Assembly: GCA_038889075.1 (NCBI GenBank)
Contig: JAWAHS010000003.1
Location: 113,719-177,718 of the forward strand
Direction of reading: 5' to 3'
DNA from: Ignisphaera sp.
GTDB lineage: Archaea > Thermoproteota > Thermoprotei_A > Sulfolobales > Ignisphaeraceae
DNA length: 64,000 nucleotides
Shown: one piece after another, positions 57,955 to 64,000 of the stretch
Layout: each line of letters opens with the position of its first letter
Position numbering within the stretch: the stretch's first letter is position 1
Program-made: the position numbers and the translations under genes
The notes under the pieces: generated by a model
Databases searched by the model: none
Seen by the model: only the letters and a program-made list of their open reading frames with translations
What the model was told of the DNA's origin: nothing

Positions 57955-58509
57955 TTGCCCAGAATTCTCATAACAACATCCCGTAGACCCACTAAAACTA
58001 CAAGAAGATTTGTGAAAATACTCTCTCTAATAATACCTGGTTCTATAAATATAACAAGAGGTAAATATACGATGACCGCATTAACGCTACAAGCAATTGA
58101 TATAGGTGCAGAAAATATCGTTATAGTTAGGAATAGAAAAGGTAATCCAGGCTATATAGATGTATATTCCATCAATATTGCTAGTCTTATACCGTCTAAG
58201 GTCTGCAGCATTAGAATTTGTGGATATAAAATAATTGAAAATAGTAGATATGGATTTAATTATAATAGAATATTTTTTCTAGAGAGCAATTTAATTAAAA
58301 CTTACATTGATGAACGTCTTCTCGCATGTATATTTAAATGTTTCAATATCAATATATCGTCCAGAAATGCTTGTATGGATAAACGTACCTTAGAAGCTCA
58401 TATAGAGTCGCTTAGTAAAGATACTGCATATGAGTTATCCTTTAGAGACTGCAAAGGAAATTTGAAAGGTTTGGTGCTTAAAATTTGTCCGGTAAGAACT
58501 ACAAGGTAA
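57955..58509 (+). CDS. Brix/Imp4 domain ribosome biogenesis protein
   Basis: ILITTSRRPT...TRGK...RKGNPG. Confidence 0.85.
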   Translation: MPRILITTSRRPTKTTRRFVKILSLIIPGSINITRGKYTMTALTLQAIDIGAENIVIVRNRKGNPGYIDVYSINIASLIPSKVCSIRICGYKIIENSRYGFNYNRIFFLESNLIKTYIDERLLACIFKCFNINISSRNACMDKRTLEAHIESLSKDTAYELSFRDCKGNLKGLVLKICPVRTTR

Positions 58510-58769
58510 AAATGCTACTGTGCTACGAAGATGCCCATGAGGAAATACTACTAGATATAATTAAGAGGAGTCTCATAGCTGAAGTTTCAAATCCTATAGA
58601 GAATACTGATGAAATAAAAATTGGATTTACTAGCAATAGAAGTTGCTTAGAAATATATGAAAAGAGTAATAGTTTAAGCCGTGTTAGAGCTATAACGAAT
58701 TCCTATCTTTATTTGATATATACAATAGAGAAAACTATTGATATAATTAATGGTATTGAGCAGCATTGA
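58485..58769 (+). CDS. pcc1: KEOPS complex subunit Pcc1-like
   Basis: LSRVRAITNSYL motif; conserved position before prefoldin beta. Confidence 0.75.
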   Translation: MSGKNYKVKMLLCYEDAHEEILLDIIKRSLIAEVSNPIENTDEIKIGFTSNRSCLEIYEKSNSLSRVRAITNSYLYLIYTIEKTIDIINGIEQH

Positions 58770-58814
58770 GATTTAATAATATTGTCACCTAAAATTCAGA
58801 ATTGTGGTGTAAAC

Positions 58815-59174
58815 ATGGCTGAATCTCTACCTCCTGAACTCCAACAACAGGTAATAAAATACCAGCAATTGCAAACCCAGCTTAATCAAGTTTTAGCTGA
58901 AAGAAGTTTACTTGAACAAGAGCTTAGGGAAATCAATAGAGCACTAGAAATATTGAAAAATGTACCAGATAATATTGATATATATCGGAGTGCTGGACAT
59001 CTATTAATTAAAGTAAATAAAAATGATGCGGAAAAAGAGTTATCTGAACGTAAAGAGCTTCTCGAACTTAGATTAAAAACATTAAGTAGACAGGAGTCCC
59101 TAATCAGACAACAGTTAGCCGATGTCCAATCAAAGCTTAGCCAATACGTATCATCTGTCTATAAGAAGACCTAA
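58815..59174 (+). CDS. pfdB: Prefoldin beta subunit
   Basis: MAESLPPELQ, IYRSAGHLLI, coiled coils. Confidence 0.93.
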   Translation: MAESLPPELQQQVIKYQQLQTQLNQVLAERSLLEQELREINRALEILKNVPDNIDIYRSAGHLLIKVNKNDAEKELSERKELLELRLKTLSRQESLIRQQLADVQSKLSQYVSSVYKKT

Positions 59175-59203
59175 ATAAAGGTATTTTTAACATAGTGTTT
59201 TAA

Positions 59204-59566
59204 ATGAGTAAAGTAAGAAGATCTATAGAGTTGATAGGTCTAGATTTAGAATTTTTTAGCGAAGAAAATATTATCGAGCTTATAAAAGTTATTGAAGAAA
59301 GTATAAAAAATGATTTAAATAGAATACTTGGGCTTAGAACTGATGAATATACCATTACAATAGGTGTTGAGGTGAACAAAGAACTTAGAATAGCTATAGA
59401 TCTGGATGTAAAGGCATACTTATCTAATAAGATGAACTTACATAATATACTTAATAAAGTGATAAACCATGCATTTGATAAAACAAGAATTCATCTTAAA
59501 CAACTTGCAAGAAAAAATAAGAATGGCGATCCTCAGATCCGAGAACATAGCCATCTTAACACATAG
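59204..59566 (+). CDS. Hypothetical protein (DUF3194-like)
   Basis: Helix-beta-beta-helix pattern; position between pfdB and DHH gene. Confidence 0.55.
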   Translation: MSKVRRSIELIGLDLEFFSEENIIELIKVIEESIKNDLNRILGLRTDEYTITIGVEVNKELRIAIDLDVKAYLSNKMNLHNILNKVINHAFDKTRIHLKQLARKNKNGDPQIREHSHLNT

Positions 59567-60572
59567 TAATGCCGATCCTGATGCTTTAGCTTCTGCTTGT
59601 GTGTTAGCATATCTTATTAGCAGAATGAACTCCACATCAAATATAAGAGTTGTGGTATCTGATGGTATAGGTAGCGAATGTAAAGATATGGTTAAGTTAT
59701 GTATCGGAAAGGGCGTAAAAATAGAAACTATTAAGAGAGCTACTCAATTAAAAATCGATAAGGAGGATTTATGTTTATTAGTTGACGTGGCCTCCACAGA
59801 ACAGTTGAGATATGCAAAACCCATACTTACAGCTTGTAAAACCGTTGTAATACTAGACCATCACGATGTCCACGACTATAATAAGAATTTATTAGATGGA
59901 AAGGATGTGATATACATCCTAGACCCAGATGCTTCCTCTACAGCTGAAATGGTATACAAATTAATAAATGAATTAAACATTGCAATTGAGGTCGACTTTC
60001 TTAGGATTCTTTTAGCAGGTATTATTTGGGATACCAAGAGATTCTTAAGAGTGGCTCCAAATACGTTTAAATATGTTAATGAAATGATGGAAAAAGGTGT
60101 ACAGTATGTTGAAGCATTGAAAATGATTGAAGGTACGAAACCTACATATAGTAGAATAGCTAGGATTAGGTGCCTACTTAGGCATAGAGGTTTTAAAGCT
60201 ATTATAAACAATAGAGAGGTTTATATTGCGGTCTCTGAGGTAGGAGCTTACGAATCAGATTGTGCTACTGCATTGATTACAATGGGTTACGATATAGCAT
60301 TTATACTCAACACAGATGAATCACTAAAAACTCTGAGGCTTATATATAGAGTTCGTGAAAATCTTATGGAGGAATTGCAAATAGATATTTATAGAGATGT
60401 GCTTAAGAAATTAGTTGATGCGTTCGGGGGTGGTGGAGGTGGTCATAAGGGAGCAGGAGGGGTAGTTTTGAGAACAATTAGCATGGAGGCTGTAGTTTCT
60501 GAGATTATAAAAATTCTGAACGCTATATCAAATAATAATCTCACTGAGTTTGTGGAGGAAAAAGTAGGGTGA
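59469..60572 (+). CDS. DHH family phosphoesterase
   Basis: HSNADPDA, LVDV, LDHH, SSTAE, GGGGGHKGAGG; start uncertain. Confidence 0.9.
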   Translation: MHLIKQEFILNNLQEKIRMAILRSENIAILTHSNADPDALASACVLAYLISRMNSTSNIRVVVSDGIGSECKDMVKLCIGKGVKIETIKRATQLKIDKEDLCLLVDVASTEQLRYAKPILTACKTVVILDHHDVHDYNKNLLDGKDVIYILDPDASSTAEMVYKLINELNIAIEVDFLRILLAGIIWDTKRFLRVAPNTFKYVNEMMEKGVQYVEALKMIEGTKPTYSRIARIRCLLRHRGFKAIINNREVYIAVSEVGAYESDCATALITMGYDIAFILNTDESLKTLRLIYRVRENLMEELQIDIYRDVLKKLVDAFGGGGGGHKGAGGVVLRTISMEAVVSEIIKILNAISNNNLTEFVEEKVG

Positions 60573-60578
60573 AGATGT

Positions 60579-61304
60579 ACGGTTATAGTCTACGTTGATG
60601 AACGCGAGAAGAGATCTTCTGTACCGATGATTCTTAAATCAAAAGGTGTTACAGTACTTTTCAAACAACTTAGCGTAGGTGACTATGTAATCTCTAATGT
60701 AATAGGTATAGAACGAAAAACTGCAATAGACTTTGCAAAATCTTTAGTTGATGGAAGGTTGTTCGACCAAGCTAAGAGAATTGCTGAAACATTTGAAAAA
60801 CCTGTAATGATATTAGAAGGGAATTTCGAAGATATACAAAGATTTGTTAGGATTCATAGAAATGCTTTACTCGGCGCATATATATCGCTAGGTATTGGAA
60901 TGAACATAATTCTTATCCAGTCTAAAAATGAAGAGGAGACTGCCGAAATTATAAAAAGAATTGCCTTATACCAACAAAAGATGTACAAATCTTCTACAGC
61001 ACTGAGACCTGCTTTAAAGGTTAATAAAGGTGGTATAGCTGAGTGGCAGTTATATATTCTCCAATGTTTTCCACATATAGGACCGAAAATAGCTCATAGG
61101 ATTATTGAAAAATTTCAATCTATTCGCAATTTCTGTAATGCTTCTATAGCAGACCTATCACGAATTGAAGGTCTTAGTGAAAGGAAGGCCGCTGAAATAT
61201 ATCAGATTATAAATTTGCTTGCTATTGATAAGAATGATAGAACTAAGTACATAATAGATTATCTAAAAAAAGAGGAAAAGGATGGGGATAACGTCACTCA
61301 ATAA
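60579..61304 (+). CDS. xpf: XPF/ERCC4 structure-specific endonuclease (short crenarchaeal form); start extended
   Basis: In-frame VYVDERE upstream of the called ATG; GDY...ERK..DF, HhH2 FPHIG; C-terminal PIP-like IIDYL. Confidence 0.9.
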   Translation, partial: TVIVYVDEREKRSSVPMILKSKGVTVLFKQLSVGDYVISNVIGIERKTAIDFAKSLVDGRLFDQAKRIAETFEKPVMILEGNFEDIQRFVRIHRNALLGAYISLGIGMNIILIQSKNEEETAEIIKRIALYQQKMYKSSTALRPALKVNKGGIAEWQLYILQCFPHIGPKIAHRIIEKFQSIRNFCNASIADLSRIEGLSERKAAEIYQIINLLAIDKNDRTKYIIDYLKKEEKDGDNVTQ

Positions 61305-61352
61305 AATTAATAAGCTAGCAAATTAAAAGAACTCTACCAAGGTTTGTGGAGA

Positions 61353-63569
61353 ATGAGGTATGTAAAAACTGTAGACCAAGTACTAAAGATAATGAACAAT
61401 ATAGAACAAATTAGAAATGTTGGTATTATCGCACATGTAGATCATGGAAAAACTACTACGACAGATAGCTTACTAGCCGCAGCTGGTATAATATCTCCAA
61501 GACTTGCTGGGCAAGTACTTGCCATGGACTTTCTGGATGTAGAACAGAGGCGCCAAATGACTGTAAAAGCTGCCAACATTAGCTTATACCATGAATATGA
61601 GGGTAAACCATATGTAATAAATCTTGTAGATACCCCGGGACACGTAGATTTTACAGGAAAGGTTACGAGAAGCCTTAGAATGATTGATGGTGCTATAGTT
61701 GTAGTCGATGCTGTAGAAGGAGTTATGACCCAAACAGAAACTGTACTAAGACAGGCCTTAGAGGAAAGGATTAGACCATTGCTATTCATAAATAAAGTAG
61801 ACAGACTAATTAAAGAACTGAGGATGGGTTCTGATGAAATAAAGCAGAGGTTTATAGAAATAATAAAGGAAATAAATAATTTAATTGAAACCTATGCCGA
61901 ACCTGAATTTAAGAAAAAATGGATCTTAGATCCGGTTCAAGGTATGGTAGCATTTGGTAGTGCAAGAGATGCGATAGGATTAACGGTACCTATGAGTCGT
62001 AAAAAAGGTGTAAAAGTAGATGATCTCATTGAGGCTTATTCTAGAGGGGACAAGGATGCTATTGAGGATCTGAAAAAGAAGATACCATTACATGAAGCAT
62101 TATTAGATATGGTTGTAAAGTTTGTTCCAAATCCTAAGGAAGCACAACGCTATAGAATTCCTAGATTATGGAAAGGGGAAACAAATAGTGAAATAGGCAA
62201 AGCCATGATGGAGGCTGATCCTGATGGCCCATTGATATTCTTCGTATGTGATATGCGCTGGGATCCTCACGCAGGTTTCGTTGCAACCGGAAGGTTGTTC
62301 TCAGGCACTGTCTATAGTGGCCAAGAAGTTTATTTAATAAATGCCAAATCGTCTCAAAGAGTGCTACAGGTAGGATTATACATGGGCCCATATAGAGAGG
62401 TGGTAGATAGAATACCAGCTGGAAATGTAGCAGCCATATTAGGTCCTGACCTAGCTAGAGCAGGAGAAACCATTGTAGATATAAAGTTGAAAGATACCAT
62501 GGTGCCCTTTGAAAGACTGAGATATGTTTCAGAACCCGTAGTGACAATGGCAATAGAACCTAAGAAGACAACTGATTTAACAAAATTAATGGATGCCCTT
62601 AAGAAGATGAGTATTGAAGATCCGAATCTCATTGTAAAAATAAATGAGGAAACAGGTGAATATCTGGTTTCTGGTATGGGGCATCTACACCTGGAGATTG
62701 TACTTACGTTACTTAGGGAAAGATTTGGCCTAGATGTTGACACAACACAGCCAACAGTTGTCTATAGAGAGACCATAAGAGATAAGAGCACAGTATTTGA
62801 AGGAAAATCGCCTAATAGACACAACAGATTTTACATAAGTGTTGAACCTCTTAATGAGGAATCGATTAGATTAATTCAACAGGGCATCGTAACAGAGGAT
62901 ATGGATGTACATAAGAGAGCTAAAATATTGAGAGATGAGGCTGGTTGGGATCATGATGAGGCTAGAAGGGTATGGGCCATAGATGAAAATATAAACATTT
63001 TCGTTGATAGAACTTCAGGTATTCAGTACCTAAGGGAAGTTAGGGATACAATAATACAGGGATTTAGGTTGGCTATGAGAGAAGGTCCTCTTGCTTTAGA
63101 ACCTGTTAGAGGGTTGAAGGTAGTATTACATGATGCAATAATTCATGAAGATCCTGCACACAGAGGTCCTGCACAGATATATCCTGCTGTTAGAAATCCG
63201 ATATATGCTGCAATGTTGTCTTCGAGACCTACGCTCCTTGAACCAATACAGAAGTTGGAGATAAAGTTTCCGATAGACTACCTAGGACCTATTTCAGCCA
63301 TAATAACTAAGAGGAGAGGTAGGATAATAAATGTTGTGCATATGATTGGCAATCTTGTTAAAATGTTGGCAGAGGTGCCAGTGGCTGAATCATTGGATCT
63401 AGCAAATGAATTGAGAAGTGCTAGCGCAGGAAAGGCGTTCTGGGGCACAGAATTTAGCAGGTGGGCTGTAGTACCAGATTCGCTACTACTAGATATTATC
63501 AAAAAATTGAGACAGAGGAAGGGAGTAAAACCAGAACCTCCAAGAGTTGAGGACTTCTTATCACCATAG
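61353..63569 (+). CDS. fusA: Translation elongation factor EF-2
   Basis: [21 protein letters not shown], diphthamide loop [11 protein letters not shown]. Confidence 0.97.
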   Translation: MRYVKTVDQVLKIMNNIEQIRNVGIIAHVDHGKTTTTDSLLAAAGIISPRLAGQVLAMDFLDVEQRRQMTVKAANISLYHEYEGKPYVINLVDTPGHVDFTGKVTRSLRMIDGAIVVVDAVEGVMTQTETVLRQALEERIRPLLFINKVDRLIKELRMGSDEIKQRFIEIIKEINNLIETYAEPEFKKKWILDPVQGMVAFGSARDAIGLTVPMSRKKGVKVDDLIEAYSRGDKDAIEDLKKKIPLHEALLDMVVKFVPNPKEAQRYRIPRLWKGETNSEIGKAMMEADPDGPLIFFVCDMRWDPHAGFVATGRLFSGTVYSGQEVYLINAKSSQRVLQVGLYMGPYREVVDRIPAGNVAAILGPDLARAGETIVDIKLKDTMVPFERLRYVSEPVVTMAIEPKKTTDLTKLMDALKKMSIEDPNLIVKINEETGEYLVSGMGHLHLEIVLTLLRERFGLDVDTTQPTVVYRETIRDKSTVFEGKSPNRHNRFYISVEPLNEESIRLIQQGIVTEDMDVHKRAKILRDEAGWDHDEARRVWAIDENINIFVDRTSGIQYLREVRDTIIQGFRLAMREGPLALEPVRGLKVVLHDAIIHEDPAHRGPAQIYPAVRNPIYAAMLSSRPTLLEPIQKLEIKFPIDYLGPISAIITKRRGRIINVVHMIGNLVKMLAEVPVAESLDLANELRSASAGKAFWGTEFSRWAVVPDSLLLDIIKKLRQRKGVKPEPPRVEDFLSP

Positions 63570-63721
63570 CAAATGATTCTATAAACTAAATTCATTTATT
63601 GTTTTGGTAATATGTTTACATATACATGGTTAATATATTAGGAACTTAAGTTCATTAGTAATGTTAGATTAAAAGCTTATATTGTTAACTAAAACTAGAT
63701 TAGCAAGGTTTAGCCAGATAG

Positions 63722-63817
<96 letters not shown>

Positions 63818-64000
63818 CAAAAACAAACAATAGATATTGGTCAATGCTATGAAAAGATATAGATACTATAGAATAGTACTAGAGATGACGTCGCTTCCTT
63901 TAGCCCTACTATGGTACATTTACATTCTAACAGGCTATTGCATGATTAATACGAGAATTGTAAGAATTTTAACATTTAATTTACTTGAATATAAGAGCTG

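Overview
Low-GC hyperthermophilic crenarchaeal chromosome segment (Desulfurococcales, Ignisphaera-like by gene content and order; this is an inference). Most of it is core information-processing genes: the rpoH-rpoB-rpoA1-rpoA2-L30e-nusA-S12-S7-EF1a-S10-tRNA-Ser cluster; lipid genes (DGGGP synthase, GGR); pyrG; GAPOR; a MoxR/DUF58 cluster; the CCA enzyme; mcm-gins, rfcS-rfcL and cdc6; and the proteasome/exosome superoperon ending in xpf and EF-2. There are five tRNA genes (three with introns) and three box C/D guide RNA candidates. An accessory stretch (about 13.5-21.4 kb) follows tRNA-Thr. The best candidate for an undescribed system is at 19.5-21.3 kb: a 43-aa signal-peptide-like precursor predicted to release the 12-mer GGDPLPPTRSAF, divergent from a tandem Lrp/AsnC-like regulator and followed by a small helical protein. 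This layout resembles peptide-signalling (Rap-Phr/arbitrium-like) modules. Other notable signals are several conserved genes that appear to start at ATA/ATT/ACG, a divergent Cren7 homolog, a His-lined beta-propeller and a perfect 16-bp palindrome. All calls come from reading the sequence; no database searches were run.
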